64,000 nucleotides of DNA, taken from Gordius albopunctatus. Its lineage: Eukaryota. A model generated the notes under the pieces. The model was given only the letters and a program-made list of their open reading frames with translations. It did not search any database and was not told the DNA's origin. The DNA is taken from contig OZ193909.1 of assembly GCA_964276515.1 (NCBI GenBank), forward strand, positions 19,964,001 to 20,028,000, given 5' to 3'. Below are positions 12,020-24,829 of this stretch, piece after piece (position 1 is the stretch's first letter; each line of letters begins with the position of its first letter). Made by a program: the position numbers and the translations under genes.

Positions 12020-13402
12020 CGAGTCAAAAAAAAACGAAAAAATAATTTTAGATTCACACTTTGGCCAGTGGTCTTTTTTTCATTGGTCAACAGCCAGCAG
12101 ACGGCCAAAAAATCATATAGGAACAATCATAAGAGCCAAAAAAACGAGGGAATAAAATTTTCGCTTCACACTTTGACCAATGGTCATTTTTTTCCATTTA
12201 TCAGCAGCCAGCGGACGGCCAAAAAGTCATATTATCAATAGTATTAACAAGAACAATATATTAATTTAAAAAAAAATATAAAAAAATTTGGCCTCTCCGG
12301 GTATCGAACCAGCAATTAAAAGGGATTCGAACCCACATCAGTAGAAGAGGGGCATAATTTTTTGTAGGAGGGGGGGGCACAGGACCCATATCAGTAGAGG
12401 CATAGGCCCTTCTAGGGGAGGGCATAGGGTAATTATCAATGTTAGTCAAAAAAAAATAGAAAAAAAACTTGGATTCACATTTTGGCCAATGGTCATTTTT
12501 TTCATCGGTCAGCATCCAAAGGAGGGCCAAAAAGTCTTATTATCAATGGTAGTAACAAGAACAATATATTAATTTACACAAAAAAATATTTAAAAAATTG
12601 GCCTATCCGGGATTCGAACCCACATCAGGAGAGGCATAGGCTTTTGTAGGGGGGGGGGCACATGGACCCATATCAGTAGAGGCATAAGCTCTGCTAGGGG
12701 AGGGCATAGGGTAATTGTCAATGTTAGCCAAAAAAACGAAAAAAATAATTTTGATTCACATTTTGGCCAATGGTCATTTTTTCCATCGGTCAGCATCCAA
12801 CGGACGGCCAAAAAGTCTTATTATCAATGGTAGTAACAATAACAATCATAATAGTCACTAAAAAACGAAAAAAAACTTGGATTCACATTTTGGCCAATGG
12901 TCCTTTTTTCATCGGTCAGCACCCAACGAACGGCCAAAAAGTCTTATTATCAATGGTAGTAACAAGAACAATCATAATAGTCACAAAAAAAAACGGAAAA
13001 AAAACTTGGATACATTTTGGCCAATGGTCATTTATTTCATCGGTCAGCATCCAACGGACGGCCAAAAAGTCTTATTATCAATGGTAGTAACAATAACAAT
13101 CATAATAGTCACTAAAAAACGAAAAAAAACTTGGATACATTTTGGCCAATGGTCATTTATTTCATCGGTCAGCATCCAACGGACGGCCAAAAAGTCTTAT
13201 TATCAATGGTAGTAACAAGAACAATCATAAGAGTAAAAAAAAACCCGGGATTCGAACCCAAAAACTAGATAGCAATTAATATTCGAATTCCAAGCAGTTT
13301 CAGTAGTAAACAAGACGAAAAGCGTGATAAGACATTCGGTGCGTGACACGAAGAGTGTGACAAACAAAATGGAAAGTGAGCCAATAAATTGCATAGCAAT
13401 TA
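12020..13402 (-). repeat. Hairpin tandem array (~127-bp and ~300-bp units) ending in a HINE-like terminus
   Basis: TTGGCCAATGGTCATTTTT-type cores at ~12061, 12173, 12483, 12763, 12890, 13017 and 13143; terminus ATAAATTGCATAGCAATTAA at ~13384-13403. Confidence 0.85.
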
Positions 13403-13412
13403 ATATATACAC

Positions 13413-14495
13413 TAGAGGTGTGCACGGATCAAATTTTTTGATCCGATCCGAGGGGTTTTTGGAAAATTTTATATCCATCCGATCCGATCCGAGTTTTTTA
13501 AAATCTAAATTCGATCCGATCCGAAACTTTTAAATTAAAATTTTACGAACAGAACTTTTTATTGATAATTAAATTCAAAATACATAAAAATAAGGTATAG
13601 CAATTTTAATAGACCTGAAATAAATATAAAATTTTATTTGACTAATTCCATATTATCATATAAAAATAATAAAGAATCTCGTTAACGATTGAAAACGGTC
13701 GAATATCTTTTGAAATAAAATAAATTAGATGCTTTTGAAAAATATTTTTAATTTTGGGATTTCAGCGAGAGGTTTGGTAACAAATTTGTCAATTGTATTT
13801 TTAGCTGAAGTTTTTGGAATACATTTATGATGCAAAAGATGGGAACTACCTCGTATGGAATTATATGTGTAGATATAATGGCATTTCTTGCAGATAACAT
13901 AACCGGTGTATGTATCATTTTCATTTATTTAGAAGGTCAAAGTAACTCCAAATTTGACTTTTTCCGTCTTCCTTTTTAACTTGTTGAAGCATATTTCTTT
14001 AACAATTTTTTATTATTACTTCCATGACGGTTTTTAATATGATAAACAATAGAAAGGAGCTATGCGTGTGCTTTAAGGAAAGGGGAGATTGTGATTGATG
14101 ATTTTCGGAGTTGAGTTGAGATAGAAAGAGATGCGTGTGCTAAACATGAAACGACGGGAGATGCTGATTTATCATTGACACTAGCTCCTTTCTCGCCAAA
14201 CAAGAAAGTCTAGCTAGGGAAAAACGCTAAAGAAATACTGATAAATATGTTAGGGTAAGTAAGGTGGTATTGGGCATCAAAAATGGTAAAGTAAAAAAAC
14301 AATGCAAAGATAATTATGAAAAGGTATACTAAAAATTATTAATTTAATTAATTACAACTTTTTATTGTTTATTTTAAATTTGAAAATCCGATCCAATCCG
14401 ACTAAAACAAAATGTTGATCCGATCCGACTTCCAAAATTAAAATGTTGATCCGATCCGAGTTCGGACGGATCGGATTGATCCGTGCACACCTCTA
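13413..14495 (-). mobile_element. Internally deleted hAT (Hermes/hobo-like) transposon
   Basis: 18-bp TIR TAGAGGTGTGCACGGATC, perfect TSD ATATACAC, GATCC subterminal repeats. The minus strand retains a frameshifted BED finger (KSQIWSYF...GYVICKKC...SSHLLHHKC) and the DIRPFSIV motif. Confidence 0.92.
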
Positions 14496-14599
14496 ATATA
14501 CACACAGTTTTTGTACTTAGTGTAAATTTTTGATATCCCCTTGTGAATATGGAGGGTTGGCGTCAGGTCGCAAATCAACTGTTTAGACCAACTCCAAAA

Positions 14600-14990
14600 T
14601 CATGATAGTTTTTATGATATATGGCATATATGGATTCTTTGAAGACGAGCAACCAGAGGCGCGACATATATGGAGTCTTTGAAGACTATCAACCAGAGGC
14701 GCGGGGTAATTACCAGGTGCTGGATGATAGTAAGCGATAGACAAAGGAAATCTAAGAAAGAAGAGTAACGTAAAGTACGCAAGAGTGAATAACAACTGGT
14801 GAAGAGAATAAAAACTGGCGCAAGACCCCCAGAAGAGGAGATTATTATTCGGGAAAAAGAGCTCACATCGTTGAACATTCATAAATTTTATTAATTAATT
14901 TTCCTGGGAATAAACCGATTTTGTCATTTACTTGGAATACAACACATATATAAAAACTGGTAATAATCTCGGACTTAATAGTTTTGAATA
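14600..14990. repeat. Unclassified dispersed repeat, inverted homolog of 28620-28975
   Basis: ATATGGATTCTTTGAAGACGAGCAAC and neighbouring sequence are the reverse complement of 28900-28945. Confidence 0.7.
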
Positions 14991-15299
14991 AAACCTTACA
15001 TCAGATACGTGTAGTGCAATGTTAAAAATGCACTAAAGTTACAGTCTGACTCACAAAAAAGGCGGTTATGGAATTTAGTTGTGGAAACTGGAAAGAATGT
15101 GGATAACATGCTGGAATGTCGGCACGTTGACTGGAAAGGGCATGAAGGTCGCAAAGAAGAATGGTACACAGCGCCTGCCTACAACAAGTGAGGTGGAACG
15201 GAATCTAAGCTCAGAATTAGGAGATGGATAAAAGCTATTTTATATTAGGTACTTTATTATAACTCATTATATCAATTTAAAGATAGGTAAAAATTACAT

Positions 15300-15630
15300 A
15301 CACAACTAAAAAATATAAAAACGCGCTATAACTAAACGGATGGCATTGATCCGTGTATGGAAATCCTGTTGGATTTAAGAATTTTTATTGTGATCTTTTG
15401 CCTGATAAAAAATTACTCTTTCAAATCTAAAGAGACGTTGGAGATCGCTTTTCCTATTTGTTTCAGGAGAGCGAGAGCTTCAACGCCCAAATTTTCAATC
15501 ACCAAATTGTAAAAACGGGGTCGGTATCGTTCTAAGCGAATCGTTCAAGGGCAGGATGGTGGAATCAAGCGTCAGACAGGTTAGGTTAAGATGCAGGGAA
15601 AGGGGGACTCGCAACCGTTATGTGCGCGTA
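15300..15630 (-). mobile_element. Second CRE-like RLE tail, inserted in the RTE remnant
   Basis: Minus strand reads GVEALALLKQIGKAISNVS...IRQKITIKILKSNRISIHGSMP*, the same motif class as 11087-11340. Confidence 0.55.
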
Positions 15631-18304
15631 TGCTAACCAGATAAGGTTTATGGTATCAGATAAAGATATATTCTTCGATTAATTGGAAAAGGAAACTTAG
15701 GGAATAGAATAGAAAGAAAAGCTACTTATTGGTGTGGATTTCAACGCCCACATAAGAATCGCCTTGGGTAATCATGGAGGCTATGGACATGGTCTGAAGA
15801 TTAAAGAAGGGGAAAGACTTCTTAAAATTTTAAGCAAACGACATGGCGTGATTTTCAAAAGCGCGAAAATTTGTAACTAATTGAAGTGAAAACTATTTTA
15901 GTCAAATTGATTAGTGTCTCCTACGGCGAAAGGATTTTTGGAGGATCAAAGATTGCAAATTAATAAAGGGAGAAGAAATCGTCAGGCAACGTCGTTGTTA
16001 ATGTTTTTGAAAGAAAAGTGTTTTTAAAACAAAAAATGTTTATGAACCTCGAATTCGATACGAAAGGCTAAAAGATACGTCGATGAAGGAAAAATATCCT
16101 AAGAAAGGCTTTACACTCTTAAGTGCCAGAAAGAAACTGAACATAGATGACGATTGGGAGGCGCTAATTAAGTACATAATGAAAACGGGGATTCAGGTTC
16201 TTAGACATACAAAAGGAGGTAAAGCTTTAAAAGAAGAACAAAAATGGTGAGATCAATCAAGTAGGATTTCAAGAGAAAGAAAATTCTCTAGGGTGGCATA
16301 ATCATAAAAAACAGAGTAGTATCAAGAATATAGGGAAAGAGCCGCGCGAAGAAGTCCGTTGCTATAACAAAGAAGGCAGTGTATACCGAGATGGGGTTAC
16401 AGGCTTATATTCAAAGTGGCCAAGATAAGAGAGAAGAGAGGTCGCGATGTCGGAATCCTTAAAATAGTAAAACACTAGAAGGGTCGCCTTATTCAAGCCG
16501 GAGGAAGTGATGGAAAGTTGGAAATAATATTAAAAGAAAATTATGAATATTGCAAATGACAAAGATCCCCTTCCCGATATTGAACCAAATATAAGCATGG
16601 TCGAAGCTAGGACACAAACGAACAAGATGCATAAAGGAAAAGCGAATGGCCTAGATGGAATACCTATGGAAGTATTGCTCGGTGTCGGAAGAAGGAATCA
16701 CAATCACAACCATGCCGAACCTCTTTTACAAGATATTGGTAAAAGAACGAAGGAGAGCAAGCACGATTATACCCTTATTTAAAGGCAAAGGATAAGCTCA
16801 GGATTGTGCAAATTACTGAGGTAACAAGCTACTTGACACTCCTTGAAACTTATGAGAAGGATTTTATAACGAGGCTAAAAAACGAGGTAGAAATATCAGC
16901 TAACCTATTCCGATTTGTGGCCGGCAAATCCACATCCACTCTATTTTCGCACTAAGACTAATTATGGATAAATATGGAGAAAAGAGAACCTAAATATGGT
17001 TTTTATCGACTTGAAGAAAGCTTATTACACAATCCCTCACCATTTGATACGGTGGTGGTGATTAAAAAATAGAATATAGTTGACGCCATGGGCGTCCAGC
17101 ATTAGAATTAGAGGGGGCAAAAATGATTTAGGGAGGAGTAAGATGATAATTTTTTTGAAATGCCATGATTTTAATAAATTGCAATAAATTTTTGGAATTA
17201 GAAGGGGACAGCCGCCCGTCCCTGCTCCCCCTTGGCGACGCTTATGCATGACGCTTATGTACGGCCCAGGAAAAATGTATGCTATATGCCGATGATAGAT
17301 TACTATGCGACGAGTCAAAAGATAAAGAATTCAAAGAAGCCGAAAAGTGGTCAAAGAGAAGCTTGTGGTTTAAATGTCAACAATCGAAAGACGGTATACT
17401 TGGAGATGTACATTTTAGGCACCTCACCGTAAAGTATACAGGTTTACATACCTCAGCTCGATGCTATATTAAGATGGAGGTTGCGCAAAAGATGTCAATG
17501 CACAAATTTTAAAATGATGGCTTAAAGGGCGGAATATCTCGGCTTTAATGTGCGACAAGAAGATGTCAATATGGTTGAAGAACAAAGCTTACAAATATAT
17601 CGTAAGACCGATGTTACTCTACGGAAATGAAACATGGCGATTAAACACTGCGGAACAAAATCTCTTACAAGTATGATACGGTGGAGCTTAGTAAGTGCGG
17701 CCATATTAAGAATGACTGTCTTAGAGCGAAAATTGGGATTTAACCGATGGCAGACTTGATTAACGAAAATCGGCTAAGGTGGTATGGTCATATACTAAGA
17801 AGGAAGACGAATGATGTAAATTGAAAAGTATTGGGCATGGAACTGCCGGGAAAATAGAGGAACAGGACGACCTCGTGTGACGTGGAAAGGGACAGTAGAG
17901 TGATGAAACTAATCGGGACATTTCGCTTATGCGATTAAGATGGAAAATATTTATCAAAACAAACTTTACGACTGTCAAGCTTTTTCTGCCCCCCCCCCTC
18001 TCTGTAAGATATGTACTGTGACCTCGTGGATATATATTATCCACCCCCCGTTAATTGCGTTTGAAGATATTAATTAACTATCATAGTATTTTTCTAGTTC
18101 GCGGATGTGTAGATTTTTTCGCATTCTTTATTATTATAAAACCTCGCGCGATTTTAATTTAAAATTCGTATAATAAAGTAAGGCTAAATAATTATTTTAT
18201 GTTTTTATCAACATGATAAAGAAGTAGAAGATATTAAAATTCTAAATGGTGCCTAAACTATGGTATTACCCAATTAGAATATTGATATCTTTATGATTTG
18301 GATA

Positions 18305-19311
18305 CAGGCGCGCAGCCAGAATTTTCTCAAGGGGCCAAAAAAATTCAAAAAAATTTTAGACACTTTTATTTTTAATATAACAAAAATCAAGGGTTTTCAA
18401 CTTTTGATCCCCTTTACCACCATACCTTGGTCCAAAGAACACACAAAATTTACAATAAGCACCATTTTCTCGGGGAGAATAGGGGAGCCAGCTCCATTTA
18501 TGAAACTAAGAGAAATTAAATTTCATCTTTTTAGCTGTTTCATCACAAGGAAAATTGAATAAAAATGGTGGTTGATAAATTTTATCAAATTCTGCCAACT
18601 TATCTTCACTTCATAATGTTGTATGGTGTTAACATACAAAGATATGTCATACGGCTGCTGGTTTGATGATGATTTTATATCTAACATTAAATCATTTCAA
18701 TTAACATTTTACAAATTTTAATTAACTCTAAAAATAAACTAAAAAAGATAAAATTTTACATATACCATTTGACTTTAGAATAGTTGAGGCATTTTCATCA
18801 ATATTATTGTTTAAAACAATAGGTGAGTGTTTCAATTGAATCTTCATCATTGGACAAATTTAAATACCATAGAAATTTTTAAAATTTGCAATGTAATCAC
18901 AATATTTATAACAATTAATATATATAAGAAATCAATACTATATAAACATAAAATAAAAGCCTAAGTCACTTACTAGAAATACCAGGGTTTGGTATTTTAA
19001 GGGGGAAAATTTTTTGTATAGAATTCTTCATAATTTACAACTCTTCGCGGCAATCATACATACATACATACAATTTACAATCAATGGTGGAAAATTATAA
19101 TGGTAGGGGGTGCAAGTTGAAAATTAAATTATAAAAATTGAATGTATATATTGTGATGTTTCCAGACTTTTATACGCGTGTCTCAAAATCTTTTAGGCAA
19201 CTAAACGATAATATTTTAACCCATTTAATCTAATTATTAAACAAAAAAATTTCAAATTTTGGCCGACGGGCCAGAAACATCCCACTTTCTGCCCCCTTGG
19301 CTACGCGCCTG
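18305..19311. mobile_element. Non-autonomous hAT element
   Basis: TIR CAGGCGCGCAGCCA / TGGCTACGCGCCTG and a perfect 8-bp TSD TTTGGATA. Confidence 0.9.
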
Positions 19312-19959
19312 TTTGGATATCACTCTATTCACACTTCTTCTTACTCTATTCACACTCATTCTAATTTGAATATCTTACGGCTATTTAATAATGTTATTCA
19401 TATTAACCTCGATACAATGGTATATAAACTAATGTTTACCGATAGAGTTTTTGTCATATCCATGAGAAACTCTCAAAAAGGGAACCAGTCTTTATAAGGC
19501 ATGGGCACGTGATAAGATGAAAAACAAACGAAGGGAGAAGGAAGGTTACCGAAATTTGGGTTGGTAGTCAAATGGTACAAGGATACCGCTATGAATTAAG
19601 ACTTGGCCTGAAAGAAGTAGCAGAAGGAAGCAATGGTACGACATAACCTGGTAATAAATATCGAATTGGCATAAGAAAGGTAGGGGAAACCTAGAACTGT
19701 CAAATGAGGATTCCAAAGGACGTGGAAAAGCCTTGGAAGGGAAGGGCCATTCATCACGGAATTGGCGCGGGAAAATGGGTCAGAAAGAAAAGAAGTTTCA
19801 AGGATAAGGATACAGGCCAAGAAAATCAAAAACCTAAATAAGTCCCAGCAAAATCGATACTCCAGAGAAAACTCGGGCCTTCGGCCCTCGTGGGAAGGGG
19901 GAAGGGGAGGAGGGGAGGGAAGGGGGAACTCATCTACACTCCGTATAAATGTATCATAT

Positions 19960-22900
19960 TTGCTATGCAATTTATGGGCGAGAAAGGTGGGAAGGGTTGA
20001 GAATGCCTATAGGCGGGGGGGGGGTATTAAATGTAAAATAATTAGTTAATTATTAATACAAATTTTCGATTTAATTAAAAAAATTGCCTTCTCCGGGATT
20101 CGAACTCACATTAGTAGAACCAGCCTTTGTAGCGGCACGGGGAACCATTTAAGTAGAGGTATAGGCCTTTGTAGGGGAGAGCATACAGTAATTATCGATG
20201 TTAACCAAATGAATTATTTATTACTAATTCTTTTTTAGGGGAAAAGGTCATACTTAGGTTTTTTTAACTAATGGGTGTCAAAGGTTGTTAATATGAGAAA
20301 AGCGAAAATACCCTAAAGACGAGGAAATTATAAGAAAATTAAATATAAAAAGATATTCTTGATAAGTGAAAGTGAGCAAAAGCTATTAATCTTAAGCATT
20401 GCTGAAAAAGAACACTTATTTAGAACCACAAATTTGGACAGAGTCTTCAACAAACATAACTCATTCATTTTTCTACGTTTTATTTTTGAGGGGCGTTATT
20501 TTTTTAATTTATAACTATAACGAGCTTCTTAAATTAGAGGCAAATTTTAGATTTAAGTATTTTAAATTAATTTTAACAATGCTTTGCACGTCGCCTTGCA
20601 TATCGACAATGTTGGTATGTTTATCCATCATATTTAAGATATTTGATAAATAATAAGAGTCCTCTCAAATTTTATGCAGTCTTTTTAGTTTAGTATCTTA
20701 TATTCAACCAATGAGCCTCTGAGGTACTAATCGGTAAATTTATTTATACATATCAAAATTAGCAAAAAAGCACACAACATGGAAATGTTTCTAAAAGCGA
20801 GATTAAGAAATTGGTTATGTTTTACGGTATCGAGAATATTTATTTGTTACAGCTTTATATATTGTAAAATAACCGAATTTATAAAAACTTTCTAAATTAG
20901 TTTTGCCTCTGTTGTTAAATTACCTTTCTTATCACCAAAAATATAGAATTATATACTCTGACAAATAAATGATTGAAATAGTAATTATAAATTAGTATTT
21001 TAAATACTTACGTGAATATTGCAAAACGAAGGTTGGAAGCACTAAATAAGTGTATATGCCAAATATCATAAAGGGGGAGAGAGGGAGCGAAGGGGAAGCT
21101 TTATGGTTAGTTAAATTCTACGGGAAACAGTTGTATTAATTTATATTTAGGTAGACAAATTTTTACTTGTCTATTTTTAAAGACTATTTTTAATATAGGA
21201 AGAAAATTTGGAGGGAAATAAGCAATAATTTTTTCACAAAATAAATTCAAAAAAAATGGAAATCCTAAATTTTTTAAAAGTGCCCGGGGTTAGTCATAGC
21301 CCATAAATTAACTCTGACGTTTTCACTTTTTTTAGTGTAGGCTAACTCATATCAATAAAAAGATTGTTTCTTTATAAAAAATGTAGAAAATGCAAATGTA
21401 ATATGATTATTTTTTCTTTTTATCATGCCATTTGTAAAACACAATGAAAAATGGCTAGCAATAGCCCCTCTCCGACTAGCCCCGACCCCTATTTTAATAA
21501 ACAATTAATAATGTAGATAAATGAAAGGCAAAACCTAATTTTATGCAAGAACACAAAAAAACAAAATATAGTAATCTTTAAAATAAATAATTCAATGTGT
21601 AAAAATGTATATGAAAGAATATTAATGTTGAAAACCTAAACACTAGCACATGCAAAAAACAATCATGAACAAAATATCACATTTGAGAATAAATAAAAAT
21701 ATTACATTAGTTTTTATGGCCTCTAGTGATTATGGGTCTAACAAACATTATATTATAAAACACCACAATGTTAGGAATTTGCAGAATTGTTGGGAGAAAT
21801 TTTTTGTTGAATTTGAACAATTTTTAATTAAAAAAATACAAAATTTGGCCAATGGTCATTTCTTCTGCATTGGTCAGTACCAACAGATACTCTATAAGTC
21901 AATGATAGCCAAAAAAAGGGAAAAAAATTTTGATGCTCACTTTGGCCAATGGTCATTTTTTCCCATTGGTCAGCAGCCAGCACACGGTAAAAGTGGATAT
22001 AAATTCATAAGAGTAAAAAAAACGAGAAAAAAATTTTCGAATCACATTTTGGCCAAAGGTCATTTTTTTCCATTGGTCAGCAGCCAGGACACGGTAAAAG
22101 TGGATATAAATTCATAATAGTCAAAAAAAACGAAAAAAAAGTTTTCGAATCACATTTTGGCCAATGGTTATTTTATTCCATTGGTCAGCAGCCAGCGGAC
22201 GGCCAAAAAGTCATAATAGCAATGGTAGGAACAGGAACAATCATAATAGTCAAAAAAAACGGAAAAAATAATTTCGATTCACATTTTGGCCAATAGTCAT
22301 TTTTTTCCATTGCTCAGCAGCCAGGACACGGTAAAAGTGGATATAAATTCATAACAGTCAAAAAAAAACGAAAAAAAATCACATTTTGGCCAATGGTTAT
22401 TTTATTCCATTGGTCAGCAGCCAGCGGACGGCCAAAAAGTCATAATAGCAATGGTAGGAACAGGAACAATCATAATAGTCAAAAAAAACGGAAAAAATAA
22501 TTTCGATTCACATTTTGGCCAATGGTCATTTTTTCCATCGGTCAGGAGCCAGCGGACGGCCAAAAAGTCATAATAGCAATGGTAGGAACAGGAACAATCA
22601 TAATAGTCAAAAAAAACGAAAAAATAAACTCGGATACACATTTTGGCCAATGGTCATTTTTTTCATTGGTCAGCAGCCAGCGGACGGCCAAAAAGTCTTA
22701 TTATCAATGATAGTAACAAGAACAATCATAAGAGTCAAAAAAAACTCCGGGATTCTAACCCAAAAACTAGATAAATTGCATGGCAATTATTAAAAAGTAT
22801 AGGGTAATTATCAATGTTAACCTATTCAAAAACGAACAAAAAATTTCGATTTATTTGGCCAATGGTAATTTTTTTCAATGGTCAGTAGCCTGCGGACGGT

Positions 22901-23050
22901 CAAAAAGTCATATTATCAATGGTGTTAAAACAATATATTAATTTAATTTAAAAAAAGCTGGCGCCAATAACTTGGTGGATGGACGACGGACGGACGGACG
23001 ACGGACGGACGGACAACCAAAAACGAGCCCATAAATTGCATAGCAATTAA
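19960..23050 (-). mobile_element. HINE/DINE-1-like element with an internal satellite array
   Basis: Inverted ends TTGCTATGCAATTTATGGG / CCCATAAATTGCATAGCAA, a (GGAC)n microsatellite at 22981-23014 and a tandem array at 21840-22930. Confidence 0.6.
21840..22930. repeat. Tandem array of ~100-108-bp and ~128-bp hairpin units
   Basis: TTGGCCAA cores at ~21845, 21942, 22049, 22157, 22286, 22386, 22515, 22643 and 22856. Confidence 0.9.
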
Positions 23051-24124
23051 AAAAAGGATTTTCTCCCGTAGAATGAGAATTTCTCCATTGTAAACCCAAT
23101 CCCCCCCCCCCCCCTGTAATCGCTAGAAATTATATTCCTGCGCTATTATTGTCTTGTTAACAATTATTGCCGAATACTTCAATTATATACCGTGTCCGGA
23201 ATTGTATCATAGTTATTTGAGTGAATAAACTAGTATTTGGAGTATCACAGATTTGGTGAATAATCGTACAAATAAATAATTCCCAGACTAGAAACCAATA
23301 AATAATTCCCCCCTTTGGGCGGAGGATGTAAAAGTTTTATCTTTGGTTTATTTATTAATAAAGTAGAAATCGTCTACAAAACTCTGCTGGTGCCATGAGC
23401 CTTATATTGAATGTGATTAAATATGAACATGAATATATTTAAAGATAAAACCTTTTTATTGGCCCCTACGTTTTAATACTAGGTTAATTACATCGTAAAT
23501 CTAAACTGAGAAGGCCGCAGGAACTTTGATTAGTTTTAAGTATTGGCATAAAGACACCTCTTCATAAGCGTATTTTATAAAATCATTTTAACATGGGCGT
23601 AGCCAGCATGGGGATTAGAGGGAGGCAATAATGATTTAGGGAGGGTAAAATGATCATTTTTTAAAATTTTCGCCATAATTTTAATAAATTTCAACATATT
23701 TTTGGTTCTAGAGGGAGGCAGCTGCTCCTCCCTGCCACCCCAACCCCCTTGGATAGGCCCATGGCTCTTAGTGTATTAATATGCTCCCTCGGTAGATTTC
23801 TATTTAGAATGTCCGCCATTGTTAGGATTCTCACTTTTGTTCCTGCTACATTCGTCATATTATAGCCATAGACTAGATAGGATTTGGGTACATCCAGTAA
23901 AATTTTTGTATGCATGAATCAGAAATTCGGATCATATGAAATATTTAATTTGTATATATAAACATATGGATATTATGATATGTTTTAATTATATAGTATT
24001 AAATAAATTAGATTTAATTGTTAATAGTGATAATAGTTAATAATTATAGAACATGTATTATTATCAATTGGTGTAATGTGTGTATATATCATATGTAAAG
24101 CTAAAGTAATGCTATAAAACATGA

Positions 24125-24410
24125 TACATTTTATATCTGTTGTAACATGTATCTTATATAACTAACATATAACAATAGTTAATGATATATATAAAATTAA
24201 TAGATATTACCACTTGAGCATATTCTATCTGTTGTAATATCTATGGGATTTAAATAACAGATAATAATAGTTAATGATATATATAAAATAAATAAATATT
24301 ATCACTAGTGCATTTTATACCTGATATAACATCTATTTTATATAACTAACATATAATAATAGTTAATTATATATATATAATGAATAAATAATATCACTAA
24401 CACATACTAT
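24125..24410. repeat. AT-rich ~92-bp minisatellite, about 3 copies
   Basis: ATAGTTAAT(G/T)ATATATATA recurs at ~24175, 24267 and 24359. Confidence 0.7.
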
Positions 24411-24829
24411 CGTTACATTTAAAAATAAATAGTATTTACATCATAAATTATTAGCATCTAGCCAATATATTTAAGCCCTTCCAAACTATTTATATGTTTG
24501 AGCTTGTAATATCAGTAAAAGTAATTCAAATTATCATTTTGACATGGGGCATATGGGCAAAAGATTTTTTAGAGCGTGAAATTTAAACGCTTAATAATAA
24601 AGATCATTTACTATTGGCATGTAACCAATATAGTAAAGACATTCCAAAATATTTAGTGAGATGATATAATTTTCCTTAAATATACAATTAAGTCTAATAA
24701 ATAATATAAGATGGTCTATCAGTAAATATAAAACACATGCAGCGCGAAATATTAACATATCTTCATCTTTTATTTAAAAATTAAAATTTAAACAAATTTT
24801 TATTTATTATTGTAAATCAATTTCATCAT

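Larger units (their letters stand above)
14540..17975 (+). mobile_element. Degenerate RTE-clade LINE with nested insertions
   Basis: 5' motif GGAGGGTTGGCGTCAGGTCG; then WNVGTLTGK (~15112), CAYA, KGKANGLDGIP, FIDLKKAY, MLYADD (17279) and ENRLRWYGH, with many stops and frameshifts. Interrupted at ~14600-14990, ~15250-15630 and 17087-17246. Confidence 0.88.

Noticed and set aside
12261..13212. ORFs of 70-155 aa in the tandem arrays (also 21650-22793)
   Set aside because: They are products of repeat periodicity; frames shift with homopolymer length.
12020..13260. CRISPR-like array of palindromic repeats (also 21840-22930)
   Set aside because: The intervening sequences are themselves repeated rather than unique spacers, there are no cas genes, and the context is eukaryotic.
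19500..19950. 124-aa and 95-aa ORFs; possible LINE remnant
   Set aside because: Purine-skewed sequence with no motif I can firmly recognise.
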